Source: Eledone cirrhosa (Eukaryota). Taken from it: a DNA stretch of 64,000 nt. This document shows positions 1 through 14,689 of this stretch, piece after piece. Numbering within the stretch: position 1 is the stretch's first letter; every line of letters starts with the position of its first letter. Under the pieces are notes generated by a model that saw nothing but the letters and a program-made list of their open reading frames with translations, ran no database searches and was not told where the DNA came from. The DNA is taken from assembly GCA_964016885.1 (NCBI GenBank), contig OZ024741.1:169570001-169634000 (forward strand), written 5' to 3'. The position numbers and the translations under genes are program-made.

Positions 1-406
1 GTACTGTTTTCCTATTGTGTAAGCATGTCCATAGGTGTTAGACACATGGAATTCAAAAAGGTGTTCAGGGTTGTTGTTGGCAAGATGGTTAATAATTTTG
101 TGGGTGTCACCAAGTTAATTGCCAGATGTCGGAGCTTTAATGTATCCATAATGGTTTCATATTTAGGCACAAAATCTGTAGTTTGCAAGAGGGAACATTA
201 ATTATATTGTCCTCAGAATGTGACTGGTACTTTATTTTTATCAAGCCTGAAAGGTATAAAAGACAATGTTGACTTCAGCAGAATATGAACTTAGATCCAG
301 AAGAGCTATAATTCTATATGGCAAGGCATTTTGCCCAGTGCTATAACAATTCTGCCTATCTAATAGTAGTAGTAATAACCTTTTTGTTTGCTTTTTGTCA
401 TTATAG

Positions 407-485
407 TTATAAACATGAGAAGACCTTCACCGCCATTTGCTGGAATCCAAAAAATAGCAATGAAATTGTTTTCACTGATAACGAG
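407..485 (+). CDS. WDHD1: WDHD1 exon ([26 protein letters not shown]), last WD40 repeat
   Basis: ttatag acceptor, GAG|gtaat donor; resembles human KHEKGYAICGLAWHP..ISYTDAE. Confidence 0.85.
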
Positions 486-3400
486 GTAATTTTTTTGTTA
501 TCACTACCACCATCAGCACTATCATTACCACCATCATTATCATCACCATCACTATTACCACCATCATTATCATTACTATCGCCACCATCATTATCATCAC
601 TATCACCATTACTATCATTATTGCCACCACTATCACCATCATCATCACTGTCATTGACATCACCATCTTTATCATTATCATCATTGTCACTTGTATCCCA
701 TTTGACCTTGGGTTGAATGTGTCTGTAATACAGCTTCTCTGTATATTCTAGCCTTATGTCTTTTACAAAACTACATTCAACACACACACACACACACACA
801 TATATTTGTATAAAAATTATTATAGAAATGGCTTCTACAGGACTAGAACTGTTTTATTTGAAGGAAATCATCGTGGCTTTCCTGATGATTTCCTTAAAAA
901 AAAACAGTTCTAGTCCTGTAGAAGCCATTTTTATATTAAATTTTATGTTTACACTCTAGTAATATATTGAGTACCTTACTGTGGTTACCCCTGATTGAAC
1001 CCGGGACTCACACACACACATATATATATATATATATTTACACACATTCAATTCGTCCCCTCTTTTTCTCATGTATATGCTTATTTAAATATGTGATAGA
1101 TCTTATCTAGCATGTTACATTAGCAGAGGATTGGCAAAAATCATTATGACCCTTTACTTTCAACTCCTGCAGAGGTCAGCTTTGCCTTTCATCCTTCTGG
1201 GGTCAATCAATACAATCAATTTTCTTCTCTCAAAAATTGTTCGCCTCATACTTAGATTAGAAACAATTATTAAAAGCAGAATCGCTAGCGTCAGATAAAA
1301 TGTTTTGAGGTATTTTTTTCCAACATTTATGTTTTCTGTTCATATTCCACTAAAGTCAACTTTACTTTTCAGTCTTCTGGGGTGGGGGTGGAGGTTGTCA
1401 ATAAAATATAGTACCACAGAAGTACTGGAGTCGGTATAATCGATTTTCCCCTCTTCTCTAAATTGCTGGTCTTGTATCTAAATCAGAAATCATTAACTCT
1501 TAGGAGACGACTGGGCCTATCTGTTGGCTGAAAAGTTGAACGACGAAGAAGACGACTGGGCCGATCGGTCAGCCCGATAATACAAGTATCGAGATTAGCT
1601 GGCTGGTCTTCATACTGGCCAATCAGATTGCTTCTTGCATTTCTTGCACATCTGAGCCTTCCAATGGTGGCTTCCATGATAGTTTGCTGTGATCTATTTA
1701 TCATGCACTTTATTTTTGATAATTTTTTTTTTTTAAATAAGTGCATGCCCTCTGTAGGGCTTGTGAAAAGGGCTCCGTCTTGGCACAGAGACTCCAAATG
1801 AGGCTCTATCTCTAAAGGGTTATGGGTGGTAGATTGGCAGAATTGCTAGCATGAGACAGAACATCATGCAATATTTGTTCCAGGTGTTTACCTTCTGAGT
1901 TAAAATACCACAAAGTCAACTTTACTTTCCTTCTCTGATAAAATAAAGTTCCAGTAAAGTATTGGTGTCTGTATAATCACCTTTCTCATCCTCACAAATT
2001 GCAGGCATTAATCCTAAATTAGAAATTATTATTATTATGATCTGAGTTCAAATCCCGCTGAGGTTAACATTGCCTTTCATCCTTACGGGGTCGATAAAAT
2101 AAAGCACCAGTAACGTACTGGGGTCAATTTAATTGACTTTCCCCTCCCCGCAAATTACTGACCTTGTGCCTATACTAGAAATCATTATTATTATTATTAA
2201 TTCTTTGTAGGGTGGTGGGTTGGCAGTATCGGTAGAGCAACTGACAACATGCTTTGTAGCATAGAGTTACGTACCTTTACGTTCTGAGTTTACACCCCCC
2301 CCATCCTTACAGGGTCGATGAAATAAGCACAAGTAACACCCTGGGGTTGATTTAATCGACTTTTCCCTTCCCTTCAAATTGCTGGCCTTGTGCCTAAATC
2401 AGAAACCATTATTGAGTTCAAATCCTGCCAGGGTTAATTTTGTCTTTCATCATTTTGGGGTCGATAAAATAAAGTATCATTTAAGTACTGAGATCAATAT
2501 AATTAACTTTCCTCTCATAAACTGCTGACCTTGTGCCTAAATTAGAAACCATTATAAATATTGTTTGTTTTTTTGTTTTCTAGGGACAGATTGGATTATT
2601 TGAAAATGTTTTATCGACACCAAATAAAAAGCCTGTATGTATTGATTGTTTCTGTAAATATTGATTGATTCAGCTGAAGACTTGTCTAAATGTTAATATA
2701 TATTTAGATTAGAATCTCCAATAGTTTCCACCTCTCACTCTTTCGCATCAATTCTAAACAGATGCAGGTAACCAAGTACACATTATGGAATGAAAATATG
2801 AAATATATTAATGATTCCCTTATTAACTCTTTAGCATTTAAACTGGCTATATCTGGCCAGAATTCTCTCACCACTTTCTGTTCAAACCAGTTGTAACCAG
2901 TTGCTCATACAGACATTAAAGTATTATTCTCAAAATAAATAATATAAAAATCTCATAGATTTGATATTATGTGAGATAAAGCCTTTACTGTGAAAACACA
3001 TTAGTAAATATAGAGTAATGTAATTTCTAAAGAGTTAACTACAAGGTTTTACATAAAGATCAGAGTGACACAGTGTGGGTTTACATGAAAAACATGTAAA
3101 AAGGAAATAATGAGAATAAAATTGGCAACAATAAAATGAAAATAAAAATAAATTGCTCAATGAGTAAACTGAGTAATACACTTGGAAAAACCCACAAAAG
3201 TCATGGTCACCCTAATTACTATGACAAATGCTTTCTCCCAATTGTCCTTCTCCAATCTACAGATGCATACTCAGAGCAAGCTCATTCCCTCAAACTATAG
3301 TCATTACTTTCAACTACCATTCGAACAAATTTGCTGGAAGGCAGTACATTTCTGTACATCCTCAATAATGAAAATATTTATTTATTTATTAATTATTTTA

Positions 3401-4247
3401 AATTAACAGCAGTTAATGGATAAATGATGATTAAAGTGGAATTGATTCAGGAATGCATTTCTGTGTGTGTGTGTGGCATGTGAAAAAACAATATTTTCCC
3501 AATTTAAAAAAAAATGAATTTAATTTCATATTGGGGTGAATGGGTGTGGGTCAAATCAAGCGAGAGAACTCTTAAGTTGATCCAAAAATTTGGGAACGAT
3601 TTCAGACAATGCTTTGGGAGTGGGATTTGCCTTTATGCTAACTTGGTGACAGCAATGAACATCTTTCTATTTTATAACTTCTTCTCTGAAGTATATTGAC
3701 TTAACAAATTGATAAATACTTATCAATAACAGAAGAAAATGGACACTTTGGTGTAATGATAGCGTTTTTGCCCTGCTAACAAAAAAGTGTAGCTTTGAAT
3801 CCTGCATATGTTGATAGCCATTTTTACTGTCATTTAGGCTATTTTTGAATAATAAGAAAAACATTTGGTAAGCTTCTTTCTCATGAATTCCAAATTTCGT
3901 CCATGGTTTCTAAACACACATTTGTTTGTCTGTCTCTTGCTGTGTATGTATAACTTTAAAATAATGGAAGATGTGATGGGTACTTTAGTGATAATTTTTC
4001 TACCCAGCAAGCATGAAGGTGTGGGTTTGAGTCCTGCAGGTGCTAATATTTTTTTTTTCATTAAGGGGTTTATGTGCCCACCCTATTATTCGACTATTTC
4101 TCTATAGTAAAAAAAAAAAGAAGAAATATTTGGTGAAGCTTCTTATATCCTCATATATATACACATATATATCTGTAATATTGATGGTTGCTAGAATGAA
4201 TACCAAAGTAGAGTTTAATAATATTCTTTGGAATGTATATATGTCTT

Positions 4248-4303
<56 letters not shown>

Positions 4304-7300
4304 TCAACCATTTGTATTTATCGTTGTTGTGGCCACTGCATTCGGCTGTTTTCTTGGTGTCACACCTTATAACTGTTGTGTTTTACTCTGGACAATAATG
4401 TTTAGCTTCTACATCTATTGATTGTTTTGTGATTGCCTCAAACAATTCGATTAGTACCTGCTATATGGCAGCTGAAACTTCAATTCATACCCAATATTAT
4501 ATATATAGAGAGAATTTAAAATTTAGTCCCTAGTCAATCACTATAAATAATTGTTGAGAAAATCAGGTAAAGTATCCCTAGAGACTGAAAAGAAATGGGC
4601 AGATGTGTCTGCAAGGAATCAAACTCCACGTATCTCTCAGATGCTTGACATATTCATTAACCACTATGCTAATGTACCAGTGGCCACTGTTTCCAGCTAT
4701 TTAGAAGACCTTTAAGTTTGTAACTAGAAGTATAGACAACTCAGGGATTGAATTTGTGCACTCCAGGTCAATTATCACAATTCACACTTAATCAACTGTT
4801 ATTTAGGTTATGCTAAATAACAGTTGATTAAGTGTGGATTGGCAGTATCGGTAGAGGGTTGGACGCCATGCTTTGACCAATAGAGGTACAGTCCTTCCCC
4901 TTCTGAGTTCAAATCCCGCCGAGGTTTACTTTGCCTTTCATCCTTATGGGGTCGATAAAATAAAGTACCAGTAATGCACTGGGTAATTGCTGGCCTTGTG
5001 CCAAAAGTAGAAACAGTTATTTAGGTTATGCTATTAAATCAGTATATAATGATAATTTTTTCATCTTTGAAATTCAGACAAAATGTTGACTGTTGTTGAA
5101 TTCTTTTACAGAGCACAGAACAACCTGTGACCACTGCACCGAAACCCACCCCCACCACCCCTGCTGTGGACAACAGCGATAACATTGATGATGATGCTTT
5201 TGATGATATTGATGATGATATGTTGTCTGGTGCTGTTGGGCCTGAAATTCCTTCTGTAGATCTTGGAGAGCAGGACGACAATGAGTTTGGTGTTAAGCTA
5301 AATCCAGAAGCCATATTCGATGATGAGGCATCTAAAGGTAAAATGAATGTTATCTTGTTTATCTTTTCCTCTTGGTCTTTACTATGATTTGTTATTGACC
5401 TCATTAACCTTCTATGTTATCATCGGTACCATTCCACCATTATCTACAACACCATTATTGTCATCACTACTATTATCATAACAATACTATCATTGTTATC
5501 ATCATCATGTTTATTATTGTAATCAAAACCATTTTTATCTCTATTATCACTAACAACATTGTCAGTCATAATATTGTCAATAACACCATCATTTCCATTA
5601 ACACCACTATTATCCTCACTAGTGTAGGCACATGGCTTAGTGGTTAGAGCGTTGGGCTTACAATACTGATGTTGTGAGTTTGATTCTTGGACCGGTTGTG
5701 TTCTTGAGCAAGGCACTTTATTTCATGTTGCTCCAGTTTACTCAGCTGTAGAAATGAGTTCTGACGTCACTGCTGCCAAGCTGTATCAGCCTTTCCCTTG
5801 GGCAACATCAGTGGTCTGGACCGGAGAGACTGGTGACTGGTATACATGGGCAACTGCTGGTCTCCCACAAACAAAGGGAACCCTGTGGGTTAACCCTTTA
5901 ATGTTCAAACCGGCCAAAACCGGCCAGAATTCTCTACCTTTCTCTGTTGAAACTGGCTGAAACTGGTCGCTCAAATTGATGTTAAGGTATTGTTCTCAAA
6001 ATAAATACTTTCAAAATCTCATAGATTCGATATCATGTGAGATAATTATGTGAGGTAAAGCCTTTACCATGAAAATATAATAGTATATATAGAGTAATGT
6101 GAATGCTAAAGGGTTAATACTATTAAAACTGAGAATACCTTGGTCAAATAGATCTTGAAACATTAGTTCCCTTTAATCCTTTAGCACTTAAACTGGCCAT
6201 ATTCGGCCAGAATTCTCTCAACCTCTTTCTGTTCAAACTGGCTGGAACTGACCGCTCATACTGACATTAAGGTATTGTTCTCAAAATAAATAACATCAAC
6301 ATCTCGTAGATTTGATATTAAGTGAGATATTATGTAAAGTAAAACCTTTACCATAAAGATACAATAGTAAATATAAAGTAATATAAACGCTAAAGGATTA
6401 AAAGTCTGCTTTGTTGTGCACTGCACATACACTCAGAAAAAGTGTTGTCTGTCTAAGGTCCTTGTTAGTCAACAGGCAGGAAAGATCCAGTAATGATCAT
6501 ATGTACTGTGCAAACCATTATATAATACTACTACTAATAATAATAATTATAATTGTTTCTACTTTTGGCACAAGGTCAGCAATTACCCAGTGCATTACTG
6601 GTACTTTATTTTATCGACCCTGTAAGGATGAAAGGCAAAGTTAACCTCGATGGGATTTGAACTCGTAATGGAAAGGGCCATAACTCTATGCTGTTAAGCA
6701 TGGCGTCTGACCCTCTACCGATACTGCCAATCCACTGCGAATAATTATAATATTAAGATATACAGTCTGTTCACTTTCTACGCGAACTTGAAGTACGCGA
6801 ATTTACTTTAACGCCTCTTGAAAAAGTATTATTAAATATTCCCTTTGCACGAATAATGCACTATAGTGCGTATGGTTTAACATTTTTTTTATTCATCAGA
6901 AATATAATATAACATTAGAATTGACAAAGGAAATCATCAGAAATAATAATATAGTATTCTTTGATGACTTTCGGCCAGTATTGGCCCAAGCCATGTCTAA
7001 CTTAATAGCACCACCTGGCATTTTTATTAAATTGTTTCTCTCTCTCTCTAACTCCACTGACAGTCTCTACTGTATTGAATTGTTATTGTCCTTGAATTAT
7101 GCGAATTTGCTTTACGCGCCGCATTCATGAAGCACTTTCGTTTAAAAAGCAAGCATACTGTATAGATACTCTTTATAAAAGTGAGGGGTCATTAATAATT
7201 TAATCTGCTTTTAGATGCAGCTTCTAATATGTCTGATGGAGAAAGTATTGCTCCTGAACAACCAACTACTGCCGTTCCATACAATGAGCCAAAAATACTT

Positions 7301-7547
7301 CTTCAGAAAGCTTTCCAGCCTGGCTCTACACCTGACCATCTTACACAAAGATTTATGGTAAGTAGCAGCCACTATATATATATATATATAAATGTATCGG
7401 AAAAACAAATACTAGGCGTGAAGTATCGAAAAATGAAGAATTTTATCAAAATTTTATCATGTTGAGAAAAATACTTTGGTAAGCAATCTTACTTGTTCCA
7501 TTTTTGTTTGTACACTTATCTACACAAACAAACTTTACTCGTACATT

Positions 7548-7625
<78 letters not shown>

Positions 7626-7977
7626 ATCATCATCATCATCATTTTACGTCCGCTTTTCCCTGCTTGCAAGGGTGGGACGGGAACTGATTCTGGCTTGATT
7701 TCTACAGCTGGATGCCCTTCCTAACACCAACCTCATTTACAGTGAGTGCTGGGTGCTTTTTTGCCGTGACACCTCCACGACCACTTTGCAGTGGAATGAT
7801 ATGGACCCCAGTCCCTATCATCTCATTTCTACAGCTGAGTAAATTGGAGCAATGTGAAATAAAGTGTCTTGCTCAAGGAAACAACGCATCACTCGGTCTG
7901 AGAATTGAACTCACAACCTTTCGATTGCAAGGCCAATGCTCTAACCACTAAGCCATGTGCCTCCATATATATATATA

Positions 7978-8030
<53 letters not shown>

Positions 8031-11000
8031 ATATATATATAGACGGTAGTCACGGAATAGGCAGACCTAGAAAAACCTGGGACGAGCTGATAAACTCCGA
8101 CATCACACACTTACACCTCTCCAAGACAATGTCACTGGACCGAGACCTTTGGCGGTACTCAGTAACAGAGAAGACCCGCCTTACCTAAATATATAGTAAA
8201 ACCTACTCCAGCCAGTAGGCATCTCTAACAAATACACCCCGTCCCACCACCCCCACCCGATCCACACCACCCCGTTCTATGTAAAGTTATGTTGGTGCCG
8301 CGCCATCGAGGCCGAAACAAATGAGATCGTGTAGGTGTCACGACAAAAAAACACACAGTCCACGCTGTAATGTGGCCGTGTAGGCAACACGGTAAAAACC
8401 TCCCAGACCCACACTGTAAATGTGGTTGGTGTTAGGAAGGGCATCCAACTGTAGAAAACCTGCCAGACAGTCCTATGCGAGCAAGACAATCACTCTTGCC
8501 TCAAGTGGGACTACCCCCGTCCAAACCCATGCAAGCGTGGAACACGGACGTTAAACGTTGATGATGATGATGATGATGATGTGTGTGTGTGTGTGCTGTA
8601 TACATTAGTATGCAGACAAGGAAGTGTGGTTAAAACATTTGTTTCACAACCATGTAGTTTCAGAGTCACTTTCACTATAGTATCTTGGGTAAGTGTCTTG
8701 TGAGAATCTTGGATTAGCCAATACCTTGTGAGTGAAATTTGGTAGATGAAAACTGTGAAAGCCCATTGTGTGTGTCTATGTTTGTGTGTCTGTTTGTGTG
8801 TCTGTGTGTGTTTGTGTTTACATGTACTCTTTGTTTATGACTCATAATTTAACCATTCAATAAAAAAGATATTTATAAAATAAGTTTCAGACTTGAAAAA
8901 ATAGCTACTGCTGTTGGTATGATTGATTAAATCTCTTCAAGGCATTGCCCCGCAATCTCATGACTGAAAAAGAGATGGAAATTAAGCAAATTTTCAGATT
9001 GAACCAATTCCTCTTTCCATTGCCGATACTATCTGCTAGTCACAACTCCTTTCCTGGTGAGAGGAAGCCAGATATGAACTCAGAATGTACAGTGCCAGAG
9101 CAGATACCAGAAAGCATCCTGTTTAACTCTTTTACTACTCCACCAATACACTGGACTCTGTTAACTGAAACTAGCAAAAGAAAGAGAAAGTAATAGTATT
9201 AAGAAATACAACCTACATGAACGTCACAATATATGTATGTTTGTGAATGGTTAACAAAATATCAAATCAAGTCAAGTACACACACCTGACTGTTCGTCCA
9301 TCTGCCAGTCCCCACTGTAAAGTGGTGTAGATGTCGTGACAAAAAACATCCAGTCCACATCGTAGAGTGGTTGTCTAGGTGTCATGACAAAAAGCACCCA
9401 GTTCAAACTGTAAAGTGGTCGTGTTGGTATCATGACAAAAAGCACCCAGTCCACACTGTCAAGTAGTTATATAGGTGTCATGACAAAAACCGCAGTCCAC
9501 ACTGTAAAGAGGTCGTGTAGATGTCACGATAAAAAGCACCTTGTACACTCTGTAAATGTGGTCGGTTTTATGAAAGACGTCAAGTTTTAGAAACCAAGCT
9601 AAAACCATTCAAGTGTGAGCAAGGTCATCTGATTTGACTTAGCTCAAATCTGGACTACTTGTCTAACCTATGCTAGTGTCTTCTCATCCATCCTTTCACC
9701 TGTACGTCTGCCCAATATTTTGTTTGACTCCCCCTCAAGGGTAAGAAACAATAACTGGTGGGGTGATATAATGAATTAGCACCTATATTTTTTCATAATT
9801 TGCTTTTATTCTTTCTTTTTCTATTTTTCTTTTGTTTCTTTTATTGTTTATTTTTATGTATTTTTTATTTTTTCCTTCTTGTTTCATCTTCCATTTTTCT
9901 CTATTGTCTTTCTATTTTCTTTGTTTTATTGTATCTTCTCACCAATTCTAACTCTATCCACCCACCCTACATCACTGTTTCAATCTTCATCTGTCTCAAC
10001 ATATCCATCTTCACTATATTCTACAGAAGTGGAACTCTATTGGTATTGTGAAACAATACAATGCAGAAGGTGAGAACTCCATTGATATAGAATTCCATGA
10101 CACTGCAGTACATCACTCCATGCATCTCAATAACAACAATGTTGGCTACACCATGGCAGATATCTCTAAAGAATGTGTTCTGTTGGCAAGTCCAAATGAT
10201 GAAGAATCTGGCAGAAGGTCAGTTCTCATGTTTAGATACATTTTTTTTTACTTTATATAAATATACATATAAATATGTAAAAATATATATAAATTTGAGC
10301 AACTTCCATCTGTCACACAATATGTGTGTGTGTGTGTAAAAAGAAGGGGGTGGTAAACAAACTATAGCAAAACAGCAGCTCGCGTTTCATTTGCTATGCT
10401 GTGAGTGTGTATTTTTGTGTGTCTGTGTTTGCTCGTTTATATTTATATACTCATACATATAAATATCTGCATATGCACATACACACATATACGTCAGCGT
10501 GTTGAAAAATATTCTAGCCTATATAAATGATGATTATAATATATATAGATTTAATCCTTTTGATATAAATGCTGTTGAAACTGCCCTGTTTTAATGATGT
10601 ACAACTGCTCATTTTAAAATGTTCATACTTGTATTATAATCTTCCATCATAATTTTATTTAAGAAATTTTTGTTATGTAATGTATCAAGCATCATCATCA
10701 TCATCATCATCATCATCAACGTTTAACGTCCGTGTTCCACGCTTGCATGGGTTTGGACGGGGGTTTTCCCACTTGAGGCAAGAGTGATTGTCTTGCTCGC
10801 ATAGGACTGTCTGGCAGGTTTTCTACAGCTGGATGCCCTTCCTAACACCAACCACATTTACAGTGTGGGGCTGGGAGGTTTTTACCGTGTTTCCTACACG
10901 GCCACATTACAGCGTGGACTGTCTGGCGGGTTTTCTACAGCTGGATGCCCTTCCTAACACCAACCACATTTACAGTGTGGGGCTGGGAGGTTTTTACCGT

Positions 11001-14000
11001 GTTGCCTACACGGCCACATTACAGCGTGGACTGTGTGTTTTTTTGTCGTGACACCTACACGATCTCATTTGTTTCGGCCTGGATGTTGTGGCACCAACAT
11101 AACTTTACATTGAAAGGGGCGGTGTGGATGGGGTGGGGGTGGTGGGACGGGGGTGTGTTTTGTTAGAGATGCCTACTGACTGTAGTAGGTTTTACTTTGT
11201 ATTTAGGTAAGGCGGGTCTTCTCTATTACTGAGTACCGCCAAAGGTCTCAGTCCAGTGACATTGTCTTGGAGAGGTGTAAGCGTGTGAGGTCGGAATTTA
11301 TCATGTTGTCCCAGGTTTTTCTGGGTCTGCTTACTCCGTGGCTACCGTCCATCTTTATTGCCCTGCATTTTGTTATACAGCTGTCGTCTTTCATGCGCAT
11401 CACGTGACCATACCAACGTAGCCTTCTCTCGAGTAAACAACATCTGATCCCTCTTATTTCTAATTATTTCCTTAGTTCGTTTATGCTTAGCCGTTCACGT
11501 ATATTACTATTACACATCCAGCGGAGCATGCAAGCTTCGTTCCTCTCTAGTCTGCATATATCCTCTGCACACAATGCCCAGGTCTCACTGCCATGCAGCA
11601 TTGCTGTTCGTATGCAGGCATCATATAACCTGCCTTTCATTTTTAGGGAGAACCCTTTAGCGGCTAATAGTGGTATAAGCTCTCTGAACTTTTTCCCTCC
11701 AGTTCTGACTCTAGCTACTGTACTTTCAGAGCACCCTCCCCCACTGCTGATTTTGTCACCCAGGTAACGGAAGCTGTCCACTATTTCTATAGAGCCCTCT
11801 GCGCAGTTGAAAGAGCTAGTATTTTGTGGGCACTTGCTGCTACTTATTGCACCAGAGCACCGGCCACATGTGAAATCTATGTTCTTAGTTAGCTTACCTG
11901 TGATCCCACTACATCTTTTATGCACCCATACTTTGCATTTGGGACATAAAATGGAGTTTCTACCTACGCCTTTCCTACACACTGAGCATGGCCATTTCCC
12001 GGAAGGGACCGCCGCCTTATTTTCTTTCTAACAAACTAGAACTTTAGTCTTAGCCAGGTTAATTTTAAGGCCTTTTGATTCTAGGCCGTGCTTCCATGTT
12101 TGGAATTTCTTCTCTAGCTCGGTCATTGATTCAGCTATGAGCGTTAGATCATCTGCGTATAGGAGTTCCCATGGGCAGCCGGTCTTGAACTCCTCTGTTA
12201 TAGCCTGAAGGGCAATAATAAATAGTAGGGGGCTAAGAACAGAGCCCTGATGGACACCAACTTTTACGCTAAACTCTTCACTATATTCGTTGTTAATTCT
12301 AACCTTGCTGACTGTTTCTTTATACATGGCTTGTATAGCTCTCACAAGCCATTCGTCAACACCTAGTTTTCTAAGAGCCCACCAGATAATGGAACGGGGG
12401 ACTCTGTCGAAGGCTTTCTCCAAGTCAACAAAAGCTAAGTATAGGGGTTTACTTTTAGCTAGGTACTTCTCCTGGAGTTGTCGTACAATGAAAAGAGCGT
12501 CTGTGGTACTTTTGCCTGACACAAACCCGATTTCATCTAGATCAATTCTCTCTCTGATTAGTTGCGCTATTACTTTTTCCGTGACCTTCATGACCTGGTC
12601 AATTAATTTAATGCCTCTATAGTTACACCTATCTAGGGCATCTCCTTTACCCTTGTAACAGTTAATGATGATGCTGCTATGCCAGTCCTTCGGAACAACC
12701 CCATTCTGTATGACTTGGTTTACTATCCGGGTGACCATGGTGTGTCCCACCGTTCCAGAGGCTTTCAGCATCTCAGCAACTATTTCCGAAGGCCCAGCCG
12801 CCTTACCCGTCTTCATATCTTTGATTGCCTTACTTATTATACTACCTTCGACTAACACTGCTGGTTCCTCTATTGGGTCGATGTGGGGGAGACTGTCTTT
12901 CTCCCATTTGTTCTCCTCATTTAGAAGCCTTTCGTAGTGACACTTCCAAGCTACCTTCTTATCAGCGTCAGTGATGGCAAGTATGCCATCATCATTAAGT
13001 ACACACTTCTCCCCGACAATATCACGGTTTTCCTTGACACTTTGCCTAGCAATCCTGAACACCTCACGTTTTTGGTCCTCACGTTGTAGAACAAGCATCT
13101 GTTTACTAATGAAATGGTTTATTAATCTCATTAAATTCTTCAAATTTTCAAAATCAGTTGATACAAATAGGCAGTGTACTTCATTAGAAATATGCTAAAA
13201 AAAAGGTATATATATATATCATCATCATCATTTTACGTCCGCTTTTCCCTGCTTGCAAGGGTGGGACGGTTCTTATTCAGCAGAGCATCTCTCCACTCGT
13301 CACGGTCCCTCGTCATCTCCACCGTGAGCTTCAATGATCTGAGGTCTGTTCTCACCACCTCCACCCATGTTTTTCGTGGTCTACCTCTACCACGTCTTCC
13401 TTCAACTGGCAATTCCTGGCACTTCTTCACCCATTTGGTCATCCTCCATGTCCACACCACCTTAGTCTCCTCTCCCGTACACTACATTCTATCCCTCTCA
13501 GACACAGTTTCTCTCTCAACACATTTATGCTGGGTCGTTCATGCACATTTACACTGCACATCCAATGGAGCATGCTTGCCTCATTTCTCTCCAGCCGTCG
13601 CATATCCTCTGCAGTTGCTGCCCATGTCTCACTACCATGCAGCATCACGCTCCTCACACAGGCATCATACAACTGGCCTTTCGTACGCAGGGAGAAACCC
13701 TTCTTCGTCAACAGAGGAAGCAGCTCCCTAAACTTCTTCCAACCCGTCCTTATTCTAGATACTATGGCCTCGGAACACCCTCCTCCCATGCTAATCTGAT
13801 CTCCTAGGTACCGGAAGCTATCCACCACTTCTATAGCGCCCTCTTGCATTTGAAAAATGTGTCTATCAGTGCGACTTCTACTGTCTAATTTCCCTGTACA
13901 TCTACTGCATATATATATATCATCATCATTGTTTAATGTCCATCTTCCATGCTAGCATGGGTTAGACGGTTTTGTTCCATTTGATGCGGGAATGGTCAGG

Positions 14001-14654
14001 AGACCATGTCTCGCTCATACGGAAGTGTCTCTGGCAGGTTTTTTACAGCTGGATGCCCTTCCTAATACCAACCACTTTTACAGTGTGGACTGGGAGCCTT
14101 TTTACCGTGTCTCCTACACGGCCACCTTACAGTGTGGACTGTTGTGTCATCGACACACAGTGGACGGAACGGGAGAGGGAGGATGAGGTGGGGGTGTACA
14201 TAGGTGCCTATTGACTGTAGGTCTGTATGTAATGGCAGTTGGGTCTTTTGTACAACTGCATGGTCACCAAAGATCTCGATTCAGTGTCATTGTCTTAGAG
14301 AGGTGTAAGTGAGCTAGGTCAGTTTTTATCACCTCGCCCCAGGTTTTTTTTTTGTCTATCCAGTCCATAGCTTCCATCAATTTTCATTGCTTTGCACTTT
14401 TTATACAGCTGTATATATCATCATCATCATCATCGTTTAATGTCCATCTTCCACGCTAGCATGGGTCTGGACGGGAATTGTCCCACTTGAGGCAAGAGTG
14501 GTTGTCTTGCTCGCATAGGACTGTCTGGCGGGTTTTCTACGGCTGGATGCCCTTCCTAACACCAACCACATTTACAGTGTGGACTGGGAGGTTTTTACCG
14601 TGTTACCTACACGGCCACATTACAGCGTGGACTGTGTTTTTTTTTGTCGTGACA

Positions 14655-14689
<35 letters not shown>

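Noticed and set aside
490-690. Ser/Leu/Pro-rich or Asp-rich ORFs, and similar ones at 15950-16480 and 43020-43260 (poly-His)
   Set aside because: Degenerate (CAT/CAC)n intronic repeats lying beyond clear splice donors.
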